The notes beneath the pieces were generated by a model, which was given only the letters and a program-made list of their open reading frames with translations, was not told where the DNA came from and ran no database searches. DNA of 63,772 bases, the filler included, from Bigelowiella natans CCMP2755 (lineage: Eukaryota; Protista; Cercozoa), in assembly GCA_000320545.1 (NCBI GenBank). It is 6 parts of 6 records of this genome, joined end to end, with 100 filler letters (N's around TTAATTAATTAA, not from the genome) between each part and the next. Parts side by side here need not be neighbours in the genome. Positions count along the whole stretch, not along the records: positions 1 to 9,896 come from ADNK01001324.1; positions 9,997 to 36,539 come from ADNK01003132.1; 4 more parts are not named here. One strand, 5' to 3'. Both the position numbers and the translations under genes were made by a program. Position 1 is the first letter of the stretch, and each line of letters opens with the position of its first letter. Shown one piece after another: positions 1 to 13,115 of this stretch.

Positions 1-23
1 TCGCCCCTTTGCATGAGCGCCTG

Positions 24-61
<38 letters not shown>

Positions 62-523
62 ATAGACAACAGATGTATTATTATTCCTATTATGATTATT
101 ACTATCAATATCATTAACAATAATAAGCAGTCCTTAGTATTATTTCAGGGGAAAAGGAAAGAGGAGGAGGAGGGGGGGGAGGAGTATTCAACCTAATTGG
201 CATGTTTTGCAGAGCCAATATCACAAGAGCGCGCGCTTCCAACTTAAGCTCTGGTAGGCGTTCTTCTGCAACCAAGTTTAGAACCTGTGGTGATGTTCAT
301 CATCATCATTATCAACACACAACACAATGACATAATGATACAAAGCAGCTAAGGGACTACAACTGATGATAATGATGGAAAATTGTGATATACATAAGTG
401 GTGACGACTAATGATGATAATTGACGACGAGAATGAAAATAGAGTGATATTATTATCTTTAATAATAACAACCCTGGCCTGGCAAACAGGCGTGATGATG
501 ATGATGATGATGATGATGATAAC

Positions 524-556
<33 letters not shown>

Positions 557-695
557 AGAGTAATAATAATGTTAATAATAATATTATTACTATTATTATC
601 AATAATAATAATAATAGTCCTTGCAGGTAGGCATGATCAGTGTAATCTTATTCTCTATTTCTACTCGTACGTAGTTGTTGTTTGTTTGTTGGTTG

Positions 696-727
<32 letters not shown>

Positions 728-1435
728 GTACTACTACCTGTGTGCGGTTTCTCACAGAGACGATTGCCTTGGCACCACCTGCCTCTTGTTCAAACTCTCC
801 TAAAGCTATTGCTGCCGCAAAGTTCCCTCCAACAGATGATGATGGTGGTGGCCGGGGTGCTTTTGATGATGATGAAGATCCTCCTCCTCTTCCTTCCATG
901 TGATATTCTCCAAGGAGGACTCGGTTTGTTACATCTAAGGGAAGATCATCAACGGTAGTAAGTAGATGATGTGTGTGCGTACGTGTGTGCTTAGTGTGTG
1001 TTGTTTGCATTGCATGTATGTATATATTTGGTGCTGTTGTCATATGATGTATTGATGGTATACTAGTACCTATAGGAGGAGGAGGACTGCCAAGAGTCGT
1101 CGTTGCTGCCTTACACACCGCCAACAACCCTTTTGCTTCCTCCTTTACTTCCATCCCTCCATTGTAGTAACCCTTTTCTTCTTCTTTTTCTTCCTCATAC
1201 CTCTCATTCTCCCTTTGCTCTAATGTTGTGGACATCTTCTGGTAGTAGAGCTTTTGGTCTACTACATCTGACTCCCCCCCCTCCTCGTCGTCGTGATTAT
1301 CTTTTTCATAGTCGCAGTTTTCTTCTTTCATTATTGCGCTTGCTAGTTTCAAGCTTGCCATCTTGACGTCAGCCCTTGTCGTTATCTATGATTACCATTA
1401 TTATAATAGTAAGTGTATATCAATGATAATGATGA

Positions 1436-1478
<43 letters not shown>

Positions 1479-2272
1479 CGATATATAGCAGCGGCAGCAG
1501 TAGCAGAGGTATAATACCGGTATGAGCATGGGCGAGATATCTGGTGTAATGCTACTGCCGTAATGATGATGATGATCATCATCATCAGAACCAAAGGAGT
1601 GCTTCTTGAGCTCTTTTGGTGGTGGGGGTTTTGAAGGAGCATCTGCCGCGACAATATTCGCAATTACCACAGGATCAGCAGCAGCATGAGCACCATCTCC
1701 GTCTACAGCCTTGCTCAAGTCATCATTCTCATCACCATTGCCTCCTTGCTTTACTCCAACTATGGATGATGATGGTGATGATTGTATCAATGCTGCATAA
1801 GAAGAAGAAGAAGAAGAGGAGGAGGACAACTGCTGCTGCTGCTGCTGCTTCTTACTTTGGTGCATCATAGTCGAAGAATGTGTCTTCGAGGAGGAGGAGG
1901 AGGAGGAGGAGGAGGAGGAGGAGTGGATTTCAATTGGCAGCCCTGACAACGTCCTACTACCCCCTCCTATTTTGTCTGCTGCTTTGAGGAGAGGGGGGGG
2001 AGCGAAGTCCTGCTGGCGCGATGCCAGCAACCTTTAATAATAATAATATTATTATTATCATTATCATCATTAATATTACTATAAAAGAGCAGCAGATAGA
2101 TACATGATGCCACCTCGGTGATGATGATGATGATGATGATGATGATGACGATGACAGTGATCATCGTCGTCGTAGTAGTTGTAGTAGTAGTAGTAGCCAT
2201 AAGACAGAAAAATGAGGAGGAGGAGGAGGAGGGAATAAGAAGAGGCGTAACGTGTTGTATCCACACTATTTA

Positions 2273-2303
<31 letters not shown>

Positions 2304-2743
2304 GTCGTCGTCTCCATCCAAGCGATAGACAAGACGGACAAACCTAGCTGGAGTGAGAAGATCGTTATCCTTAATCTTGTAGAAAAGAAGTGGCAAGTTG
2401 ACATTGGTGAGGATGTAGTTTAACTCATCGCTCGAGGCCGTAGAGAGAATTCCTATACATTACAAACAACCAACCCTTCAACCCAGTAAAAAGTAAAAAC
2501 GATGAAGAACAACGCAATAGAGGAGATGGAGATGGAGATGATGGTGATGATGATGATGGTGATGATGATGACGGTGTTGATCACGGTATTGACGAATAGC
2601 AAGAAAACATAGCAGGGAGAGGCTAGACGAGAAAGGGAAGAATGAAAGAACATGAGTACGCATAATATACACGAAAGTAAAGAATAGTAAACTAATGTAC
2701 GCATAATATACACGAAAGGAAAGAATAGTAAACTAATGTCCAC

Positions 2744-2779
<36 letters not shown>

Positions 2780-2809
2780 GAGAGTAGGTGAGTAGGTGAG
2801 TAGGGGATC

Positions 2810-2846
<37 letters not shown>

Positions 2847-4372
2847 GTGAGTAGGTGAGTAGGGGATCTTATACTTCTGACCTACGATTCTCCTCTCCCT
2901 TTTCAAAATATCCTATGTGGATGGGGATGGATGGGGATGAGTACTATACCATGCCATCGTCATCATCATATGGAGATAAACAAAGAGAGAGACTCTCGCT
3001 ATATATCATTATGTATAAATATAAATATTGTACATATTATTATAAGGCGGTGAGCCGTGGAAACGTGAAACGCTGCTTATCAGAGGCATGTGCTGATATT
3101 ATTCTGCAAAAAAGGGTGAGCGACATTCAAAGCAGGTAATTTTCAACTACTATCATACCTGCTGCATCCATGTCTTGAATGCTGCAAATTTATAGTCCAG
3201 TCGTTTTAAATTATCCTGCACCTTTTATTTTTATGATGGTATTAGTGGTATAAGCGAGGAGGAGGAGGAGGAGGAGGCAATAATATGGCTGTCCACAGGA
3301 TCATTCTGAATGATGATGATGATGATGATGATAATGATGATGATGATGATGATCATGATGATTTTCACAGCACTCTCGACATTGACGTGTCCTTTTTCCA
3401 ACAGGTCTCCACCCCATCCCCCCTTGTGTACACGTATCGTCCAATACCTTCCTTAACTTCGCACGAGCACTATCGACAAGATCTGGAGAAAAATTGGCAC
3501 TTGGAAACCTGAATAGAATGATCATGGTGATGATGATGAGGATGATGATTATGATGCTATGTGGGATATCTTGGCCTGAGCAGTTATTGTGTAGTCTCCG
3601 TGAATTTTAATTTCTATTCTTTCTTCTTCTTGTTCTTGTTCTTGATCTTCTTTTTGTTTGTCTTCTTCTTCAAAGTAGTTAAGAACGTAGAATCTATCCA
3701 TCCCAAATTCCACGATTGGCAAAGATTTAAAGCTTGCCACCACCCCACCACCACTACCACAAATGTTTTCAACTCCGCGGACAAGCAAGTGGATGTCTCA
3801 ATCGGCAAATGATAGTGTTTGTTCTTAATCAGTATACTTCACCGATTTAACATTTGACGACTTAAGCGGCGGGAGCCTAGTGCCCTTCGTGCAAGCGCCC
3901 TTTCAGTATGGGAGGCATTATTATTCATTCACCCCGATGAAGAAGAAGAAGAAGATGATGATGATAATGATGATAATGATGATGATGGAGTTTAATTGTA
4001 AGGCATAAAGGGTCTAAATTGACGTTGTCGTCATTCAGCACTACTACTACCTCTCCCAGTAGTTGACGTAGAGGACAAAGAGGAAAATGAGAAATGCAGC
4101 TATACGAGGATATTCATGTCCGATTTGGAAAGGAGAATCGTTCGCAAACAGGACACCTGAGGGCGATATTTAAGAACCGTCAAGAGGAAATAAGATTACA
4201 ATCATAATAATTATGATAACATTGGAAGGTGGGGGGGTGAAGCGGGGTAGGATATCATTAAGACGACGACATCTGTCTGCGGAAAATGGAGTATCTACTT
4301 TGACTCGAAACTTTCGTCTCTCTCTATTTCTTTTCTCCATTCTTTCTCTATCTCTTTCTTCTTCCTCGAACT

Positions 4373-4423
<51 letters not shown>

Positions 4424-4544
4424 GTTGGCCCCCCCCCCCCCCTCCCCCCTTTCTTCTGGAAAAAGTATTTTCAGGTTACCAAACGAAAACAACATGGCTA
4501 GACAGCACCAAAACCGATTTTCGGATTCTCGATATCGATGCCAT
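1..4544 (-). CDS. Multi-exon gene of unknown function with one likely TM segment and long low-complexity exons; runs off the window start
   Basis: GT-AG-bounded exons on the minus strand, e.g. MASISRIRKSVLVLSSHVVF (ATG 4544), VLFANDSPFQIGHEYPRIAAFLIFLFVLYVNYWER (~4160-4055), ALARRALGSRRLSRQMLN, FPSANFSPDLVDSARAKLRK, DNLKRLDYKFAAFKTWMQQ, the ORFs 1401-2030 and 648-1361, and VLNLVAEERLPELKLEARALVILALQNMPIR (~285-192). No family recognised; some exon phases are unresolved. Confidence 0.55.
2656..2739. repeat. 41-bp tandem duplication (2 copies) in an intron
   Basis: gtacgcataatatacacgaaag(t/g)aaagaatagtaaactaatgt starts at 2656 and 2697. Confidence 0.9.
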
Positions 4545-5428
4545 GAAACCCTGAATAAAACAGCCCACATGCATAACATTACAAATATTAATGGGATGTG
4601 TGACTCTAATAACACATGATAGTCATGGTCATGAATCTAATCTCTTCTTCTTCAATATTACGGGATTTCTACATGGAAATAATGAAGAAATGATATGATG
4701 GAAACCCGAAGACAACATCTCTCAAACATAGATCTTCTCACTTTCCAACGGCTTACTTCAACATCAAAAAATAAATCTGACATAAGGGATCATCACTTCT
4801 TAATACACAGTCACCATTCAGAATGTTCCGTGAAGATGAAGAGTATCGATAATCCCAGACAGACTACGGCAAAGAGTGAGTGAGTACACTCAGATATGCA
4901 ATTTCTCACGGAGGTCCATATGATAATAATGACAATCAAACGATTTTTACAAGTTGAAACAAAATGAATTTGTTCTCACACACCACCCAAATAAATTTCT
5001 ATCCCAGCACATTTGGCAGATATCATTCAATAATTACGGAGAGAATTTCCCATGATGACAGGAGCCTTTCGAGTCGCCGTGACAATGAAAACGATGAGCA
5101 TGAACAGAGCCACTAGCATTAGACCGATAAGGGTAGCCTAAACACATTCAATAGACCGTGGTTGATGTATTTTCAATTTAGAATTTGGATCAGATTTGAC
5201 GTGAGATGTTGCTGGAATCTTTCTTTGCTTTTCAGCTGTCTTCTTAAGTTTGATAATTTCAAACCTTATCTGTCATCTTTCGTGTAAGCCCACGCCAGAT
5301 TCAATATATGCTTTGCCCCTGAAATCTGCCCCTCCCCCCCCCCCGTCAGTCTCGGGTGACGAACTCGGAAGGACTGATCAAAAGGTTGCTGCTGCCCTTG
5401 AATAATATGTCGAATATCCAAATCGAAG

Positions 5429-5570
5429 TTGTAAATCTGAACTACTTCATTGTCGTTCTTTATAAATGGCAGATCGTACTTGTAAATCTGAACTACTTCA
5501 TTGTCGTTCTTTATAAATGGCAGATCGTACTTGTAAATCTGAACTACTTCCTTGTCGTTCTTTATAAATG
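5429..5570. repeat. 51-bp tandem repeat, about 2.8 copies, in a divergent intergenic region
   Basis: ttgtaaatctgaactacttcattgtcgttctttataaatggcagatcgtac at 5429, 5480 and 5531; nearly identical copies with no spacers. Confidence 0.95.
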
Positions 5571-5801
5571 TATCACCCCTTTATCCGAACGCATCGTCCA
5601 AACCTTGTCGAACACACATTGCTTCTAAGCTCATATGTGCCATCGTTCACATGAAGTAGATTGATTGTGTCGTATTTTAGAAATGTCCTCTAAATCTTCT
5701 TTAAATATAATACAGCCTGTAGTTTATTATGTCTTATTAACCCATAGACCAAGCCGAACGCCCCTACTTCCGCTTTAGGGAGGGAGAGAGAGAGAGGAGG
5801 T

Positions 5802-6876
5802 ATGGGGAAATTCTGGCATAGGAGTAGTCGGAGTCGGAGTCGGAGCCGGAGCCCTGCTCGCAACCATAGTCGCAGTCCCAACAGGAGAAGAGAAGCCGGG
5901 CTTCCGGAAGAATGGCTCCGGAAAAATAGGGAGAAAGAGGAAAAGGACAAGAGAGAGGAGCGGAGTCGTAGAGGCAGCCCGAGGAGGAGAACCTCGTCAA
6001 AAAGAGAGAGAATCAAATCTAGACGAAGAGGTTCACGGAGCCGTAGTCATTCAAAACGAAGCCGGAGACGGAGAGAATCAGGGCGGGGAACAACGAGACG
6101 AGGGAGATCAAGGAGTAGCAGCCGCAGTAGCCGCAGCAGTGTAGACCTTGACGCCATTCCTCATGTCAAAAAGGCCGTTGAATTGCGACGCAAATACGGC
6201 CTAGAACTGCGCCCAAATACATCATTGCTGGGAGGGTTAATCCAAGACATCCGGAAGTTTAACAACACCGCAGATTTCGCCCAGACGGAGAGTGCGCAGA
6301 AACTGTTCAAAAAGGTGGACCCTGCAGCCGCAAATAGAAAAAAAGTGATGTTGATGTCCGAGTTTCTCTCAACAAAGGCTTTAGAGATAGACGATGGAGA
6401 TAGTTTACGTAAAGATAATGGATCGCGAAGTCCTTCCCCTGTAGCCCGAAATGGCGAGAGCTATGATGAATTCAAAGAGCGAAAGGCCAGGGAGAAGAAG
6501 GAGCGCGCGCGAAAACTCGAGGAAAAGAAGTACCGTAAACAGCAAGAAATCGCTCAAAGTCTCCTTGGAAAGAAATGGGGCAGTGATACGGTAAATTCCT
6601 CCTTGAACGCTCTTCAGACTACCAACTCAACAAACACCCTGTCGTCCTCATCCTCAAAAGCACAAGGTACTCCAGGTGTGCGGCCAATTCAGAAACTGCC
6701 TACTTACGATTCATGGCGCCAAACTCAATCTCCAGCACAGACTCTACAAGCTACAAACAACTTATCTTCAAATCAGTGGGCTCTTGGAGGTGTTGCGGTA
6801 GTATCCCAACAACCCCTTCCACCACTTCGACCACCACCCATCACTCCGTCATCATCTATATCAAACCAATGGGGAC

Positions 6877-6910
<34 letters not shown>

Positions 6911-7415
6911 CCCATATGGACATCACCTCGCACACCCCCCCGTGTTTCCACCTTCTACCCATACAGCAGAAGGAGCACTTTTAGTAGCAGAGGTACCGAT
7001 GATCCCGGGACAAGCATATCAACAGCAGCGGCAGAACGAGATGATAGCACCAAGTTCCCGCCCGTCTCACAACGCGCACCTCCGGCTTCAGACTTTTCCC
7101 GGCGTTAGCGGAGATCCTCCTCCTCCTGGAACACATTCTGTTCCTGTAGAAACTAACGAATTGAAGCAACACTGCAACCAACAGCAGCAGCAAACTTCTT
7201 ACTCAAATGAAAAGGTGATACCTCTGCCTCCCTTACCTCCAGAAGCATTTCGTATTGCGGCGGCGGCAGCAGCAGCTCAGGAAAAAGAACCTGTGGGCTG
7301 TGAGCAGAGCAAGGATGAATGTACGGAGAAGAAAGTGGATATGTTCGATGCAATACTTAACAACGATGGAGAAGACGAGGATGAAGAAGAAGAGGATAAT
7401 GATCATGATGAATGA
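5802..7415 (+). CDS. Intronless 537-aa Arg/Ser-rich (SR-related) protein with a Pro/Gln-rich C-half and acidic tail
   Basis: Long ORF with N-terminal RS dipeptides (RSRSRSRSP), a charged coiled-coil stretch (EFKERKAREKKERARKLEEKK) and no recognisable RRM. Confidence 0.75.
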
Positions 7416-7794
7416 TTATTGTGAAGTGTGCTGATTTAAAAGGGTCATCACGGATCGGCTCCCTTATTGTAAAAAATTATATCAGTCACCATTGCTAGAA
7501 GCATGACGGTAGATTAGCACTAGTACACTCAATGTCATGTGTAAAGTTACATGCATGTGATTCCTTGCATGCATCAAGCATCCTCAGAGCCATGTTTGGA
7601 AGCGCAGTGCCAATACGAACGATTCAAACAAACACAACCTGACCAAATCTTGATGCCCATGCGCTAAATTGTGATTTTGGAAACCACAAGCAATCCATTT
7701 TCACTTGTTCATCCAAGTTTGAACAACAGAAACATTTGTCATGCCAGCATGCATCACACTTCTGCTTCAGGTGTGATGATTTTCGCGAAACACC

Positions 7795-8122
7795 TGTAGC
7801 GCGTACCACTACGCGGGCACAAGTCACGTGCGACAACAAAGGGGTTGTCGCGGATATAGAATATAGATAACGTAGATATTAATACAGCATAGGCACGTGG
7901 GTTCCGGCGGGACTCATGGCAGCACACCGGAAGTGTGCTGCCCCACGTGCGGCGGCATTCGCGAAAGCTTCGCGAATGATTACGCAGTGCACGATTTAAT
8001 AAAAATATAATCTTTAATAAAAAAATAAACACAACTCTTCAAAAGGAAGCAAACGTGCCTTTCCCCCCCCCTGCCTACTTGTGCACGTAGCGCCTCGGCC
8101 TGTGAACACCTTACGCGCAACA
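7795..8122 (+). repeat. 5' LTR (328 bp)
   Basis: Starts TGTAGCGCGTA and ends TACGCGCAACA (11-bp inverted termini, 1 mismatch). Contains AATAAA signals. Identical to 53436-53761 except a 2-nt difference in an A run. Confidence 0.95.
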
Positions 8123-8127
8123 ACCTT

Positions 8128-8145
8128 TGGCTTCCACACACGGGA
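8128..8145 (+). promoter_or_regulatory. Primer-binding site (tRNA primer)
   Basis: TGGCTTCCACACACGGGA lies 5 nt after the LTR; its complement ends in CCA like a mature tRNA 3' end. tRNA identity is not determinable by eye. Confidence 0.75.
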
Positions 8146-8161
8146 AACGATTTGACTAACA

Positions 8162-9896
8162 ATGTCACAGCAGCTAGAAGAACAGCAGGACTTTGGCTCG
8201 CAGGCCGTGCAAGGGCACGAGCAGAAACAGGAAAGGAAGGGCGATACGGACGCTAAGGAAGGAGGAGGAACACCTCCACAGGCACCGCCGGGACCAGCAC
8301 CCGGGATTAAGAAAGCAGATGCAGCAGCAGAGGCACTGGAGAACTTCTACGAGGCGGACGACGAGGACGTGGCCGCCGAAAGCAAGAAGGTCGTAATGGC
8401 ATTACGAGCCTTGCGACCCAGGGCGAGCAACTACGCCAAACTGAAAGTATCGATAGAATACAAGTATCAGACACATGATGTTTGGGCAGCTATCATGCAG
8501 GACATCATGGATTACGAAGCAGACTTACCTCCAGAGTGGGCAGCTTTGTTTAGGAACGACGGGGGTCTGGGCGCCTCGCGGGGGACGACCCAGAGCACCG
8601 TCAAGCAGCAGCAGCCGGTACAGCGGAACACCCAGTTCATGTCTGTTAAAACAGCACCGGTTATGATAACGAAATACAACGGGAAAAGAGGTGAGGCAAG
8701 GAGGTGGTGGAAGAACGCTAGGAGTATACTCTGCGACTTTACCCCTAACCCCACCGAAAACGACAAGCTCAAATGGCTAGCTATAATAAAGCAAGCCATG
8801 GACCTTTACGAGACAGGCAGGACCCGGATCAGGCAGCTAGAGAAAATACACACTACAGTTAGTGGGCTACGAGACGTTGAGGCGATAATGAAGGCTTTTG
8901 TAAATGAACAGGATGCTAACTCCCTACCCCAGGCTATTAGAAAATACAGAGCAATGATGCAGCATGAGAGAGAACCTGTTAGAGACTTTGCCACGCGCTT
9001 CCAGGATATGATCGACGAACTACATGATTTTAATTACAACACAGGTGATGATCAGGCAAGGTTTGAAGAGTTCAAGTTAAAGATAAAGGAATCCACTTAC
9101 GTTACGGAGAAAGGCTACACCACGATGGAGGCAGCAGTGCAGGCTATATCCCTACGCGAGCAGGAGCAGGACCGCAAGTTTACCAGCCCTAAGGTACCTG
9201 GCATAGGAAACATTAACGCTATTAAGCCGCAGCGAGACTGGTACAAGGACAGGGAAGGTAACCGACGTTGCGGATACTGCTCACGTAAAGGGAAACACAC
9301 CGCTAAAGACTGCAGAGACAGGAAAGAAGGACGACCCAGGATGACGATCAGGCAGCTCAACGAACACTACGAGAAGTTAAAGAGAAAGAAAGGCAGAGGA
9401 CAAGGATATAACAACAGCAAATGGCAAGGCAGCAACAACGGGAAGAACAATAAATATAAGAACAAAAAGCAGAACAGTATCAATGCTATACAGCAGCAGA
9501 TAAACGGAATATTAGATCACCTTAAGCAGGCGCCGACGAAGACAGCAGTACCAGCAACGCAGGACCAAGACAAGCCCATGACCCTAGACGACATAAAGAA
9601 CTTAGGAGTATGCAACATTAATGACGAAGACGCTAACAGGACTATCAAAGTTGCTATGACCAAGGTTAAAGTTAAAGACAGCTACGGAGACTACAAGAAA
9701 CTACCTGCCCTTTGGGATAGTGGCAGCATGCCGAAGTCCTTCATAAGCCTAAGCACAGTAAGAAGGTTAGGACTATTGGATCAAGTGACTAAGAAAGAAC
9801 GTAAATATGCTCAAGCAGACGGAAGCTCTTCCATGAAGACCGTCGGTGAGCTAATGCTAAAGCTACAGATACCTGGCAGCGACGCGGAGACCCAAA
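8162..9896 (+). CDS. gag-pol: Gag-Pol polyprotein, N-terminal part (capsid, Zn knuckle, aspartic protease)
   Basis: Capsid-like ITKYNG..RRWW, MHR-like QHEREPVRDFATRF, knuckle CGYCSRKGKHTAKDC and protease ALWDSGS followed by SFIS and flap-like QADGS, all in one frame. Confidence 0.9.
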
Positions 9897-9996
9897 NNNN
9901 NNNNNNNNNNNNNNNNNNNNNNNNNNNNNNNNNNNNNNNNTTAATTAATTAANNNNNNNNNNNNNNNNNNNNNNNNNNNNNNNNNNNNNNNNNNNN
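9897..9996. other. Artificial contig linker (N44-TTAATTAATTAA-N44); same at 36540-36639, 53006-53105, 60564-60663 and 62518-62617
   Basis: Identical 100-bp spacers with a six-frame stop oligo. Confidence 0.99.
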
Positions 9997-10054
9997 ACTG
10001 TTTTTTCGACGTACGCCATTCTTTTTTGATTTCATTTATATTATTGGGATCTAG

Positions 10055-11040
10055 CCGAACTCAATGTATACGATTGGCATTTTGGAGAAAATTGCAATCC
10101 AGGGGGGCGATTCCAGGTTCGGGGTGCGGGCGCTGGATTACTTGACGCATTTCTTGGATCTTTAAGAAGGTCCCTTAGGAAGACTCTTTCTTGGGGTTGC
10201 GTCGTTTAAGGTTCTATAGCAATAAAGACCTAATGAAGATCTCCAGATGGTTCGCGGTAGCTAGGTGCATGTGTAGAGTGCAAAGTGCAAAATTATTTGG
10301 TGGCTCCATGCATATTGCGACCGATCAAACGATACGATGTAGGGGGGGGGGGGGGGGACGGGTTCTAGGTTTGGTAGTTGTTAGTGGTGCAGAGAAGGTA
10401 CGTGGCATTTAAAAAATAATGAAGATCAAGAATTTAGGGCCTACATCAAGCTCAAATTTCAACACAATCATGCACATTCTTCAGGTGGCGGACTTTCACG
10501 ATTGGAATCTGTTTTCTTCGTTTCGATACTGGATCGATTTGTACCCCTACTTGTCGGCATATTCATGCAACTCGTGTGCAATGGCTCGACTGCTCGCAAT
10601 ACACCCTGAATCGCGTCATTCAAAGTACTTGTACCCATGGGAATACTGGCTGGACTCGATGTTATTGAAGGCTGCAACAAGTAGATATTCAAAAATGTCA
10701 TGAAATCGTACTGCCAAAGGAATCAAAACATGGATAGTGTAATTCTGATATACGCACTGATAGACAGGAAATATATAAGCAATGTGCTTTTTAACATTAT
10801 TGGGGGATAAAACAAGTATCTAGAGTTTTCTATTTATGTTTACGTAACATATAGTCGAAATGCATTGCACATGACGACCCACAGTATGCAATACGCTCCT
10901 TCTTCGAGTGAGTCGCAAAACATCATTACTCAACAGGCTTAAACTCACCAGAATGTCCTTGGAGGAACGCCAAGGCTTTGTGGAATTTCGAAAGACCCGT
11001 GTGTGACATGCCAGTTGACGCAGTCCAAAAGACCGCCTAA
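10055..11040 (+). CDS. Partial multi-exon gene of unknown function (5' end lost in the gap; may extend further 3')
   Basis: Phase-compatible GT-AG exons: ELNVYDWHLEKIAIQGGDS / RFYSNKDLMKISRWFA / VADFHDWNLFSSFRYWIDLYPY...WEYWLDSMLLKAAT / SLNSPECPWRNAKALWNFERP. Confidence 0.5.
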
Positions 11041-12165
11041 TACAGGTTAGGAGGTTCCAAGAAGCTCTAAGTCATTTATTTCTGAGGAGAATTTTCAACT
11101 TTTTCTTACCAAGTTGGAGACGGTTGATAAAGGTAGAAGCGTAGGTCCTTTATTGGCTCGCCATTGTAGTTTGAGTTAAACTAAGAATTTAATCGCTACT
11201 ACTTAATCCATGAGAATCGCGAGATGATCTGCAAGATCAACAACCTTTGAAACTTTTATGATGTGCCTTAATTGCGAGTCGTCCTCATGGTGTGGTTTCT
11301 TTTTAAAAAATGTTCAGTATCACCGACTCATTTAGAAACCTTTGGGTGTGCATTAACCTTCATAAGTTTGTATCTGTGCAATATGGTTTGCCACATGTTG
11401 TTCTCTCCGCCCTTACCAAAGAAATAACAACAATCAGATGATCATTGTCGCGGATTATTCCTCATTTACAAAACTGGCCAACCTTTCCCGCCACCAGACG
11501 TTTTATGGTGATTTCCCCACAGTAATAATTTCGAAAGCTAATGAAGCTTAACTGATGATTTAAACAAGTTTAGGCCACGAGTAAAATTGTCCTATGTGAG
11601 AATCTTAGATAAATGATTCCTCACCTGAATGGGCTCTGTGAAAGAAACCTGCTGGTAAATCACGGAGGGCCTTTTCTCCTCCCTAACCACCTGAGGATGT
11701 ACGGTGAAAGGTATTTCCACCAATACATAAGCACTATCTCTTCCGCCAACAGCTGTGTTTCCCTCCGAAAGAGTTTCCTCAGCATTGGAATTAGAACTGG
11801 ACATCTGGCAGCTCTTCCTATCTCTTAGATCGACAAACAAGTGGTTGTCTTATTGTTCTCATGAAGGAAAAATTAAGGGGAAAATTATATTCTTGAAAGT
11901 GAGTTAGCTGTTATTACTATGCAAAGCATTTGTTTTCTCGTTGTTCCGCTTGAATCGTTCTGGCGTATGCTAAGATAGGACCCTTTTCGAGATGTGATTA
12001 ATTGATCGATAACATGGTCATCGGAATATAAAGGTCAGGCGTTCTATCTGTGCTATGCTGATGGGATGCTGCACCAAGTAGTTTGTTGGATGAAGTGAGA
12101 GTAGCAGAGATGTTTAAAAAGGGAGAGCAGTTGAGTTGTGAGCAAAGCAAGTGCAACAACGATAA

Positions 12166-12198
<33 letters not shown>

Positions 12199-12684
12199 CT
12201 TCGGGCATATATATCATCGTGATTTGACCGATAAATAACATCAATAACTAACATCAATAAATAATATACACATTAAAAAATCAAATATGACTTGGTCCAT
12301 TATTTTTACATACGAGCTAACCCTATTTCAATTTGTAAATTCTTATCATTATAGGTATTGTTGGTCTTGTTGTGTTGTCTCATACAGATCATATAACTGC
12401 AGATCATGATATCATTTTGACAAGGACTAAAGAGAGACAGATAAATCTAGATATAGATAAACCAGATGCAACCAGATATTATCTTCTCAATGATGGTAAG
12501 TTTAAAATGATAAGAAAAATGTTGTCGTTGTTATTGTGCTGATTGTTCATGTTAGTCAGTTAGTTATTCTGTTCGCGTCCTTGGCTAAAACTATGTGTTT
12601 TCACCGAAGTGAGTTACATGTAGTTAGTCTAAGGTGTTAATAATAAGGGTAGTGATAGATGCGACAACGTGGTGTACATGTACT

Positions 12685-12740
<56 letters not shown>

Positions 12741-13115
12741 AGAGAAGAAGCAGAGAGCAGTGGCGGTGATCAGGGAGTGTGGAGATAGATAGGCAGTGCA
12801 GGCAAGCAGGCAGACACAAGACACAAGGACGCAGCCAGACAGCCATAGGAAGGGCAGACTAACTTGCTTGGTGATGTGATGCCTAAATTGTAAAAATACA
12901 ATCTGAAATTTGCATCTGCTTCCTATTGACAGACAATGATGTACAATGATCCCTGATCGATAGAAATATTGTAATGGCAGGAAGTTACACGTGGAATTTC
13001 GAGTAAAAATTAGCAACGCTTTCATTTTGGACCATCGTACGTCCGAGTCTTCGACAGAAACCCTATTCGCTATCATCATCATCGATATTGAGTTTACGAG
13101 TAGAAGAACGACTCA

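Larger units (their letters stand above)
7795..9896 (+). mobile_element. 5' half of a Ty3/Gypsy-like LTR retrotransposon (LTR-PBS-gag-protease), truncated by an assembly gap
   Basis: TG...CA LTR at 7795-8122, PBS, then a gag-pro ORF that stays open into the N gap. Confidence 0.92.

Noticed and set aside
5429-5570. CRISPR-like array
   Set aside because: Head-to-tail repeats without unique spacers, no cas genes, eukaryotic context.
7890-7990. Hammerhead or HDV-like ribozyme in the LTR
   Set aside because: No CUGAnGA/GAAA core on either strand, and the HDV P3/L3 and catalytic-C J4/2 elements are missing.
9941-9952. Recurring TTAATTAATTAA motif
   Set aside because: Artificial six-frame stop linker inside N gaps.
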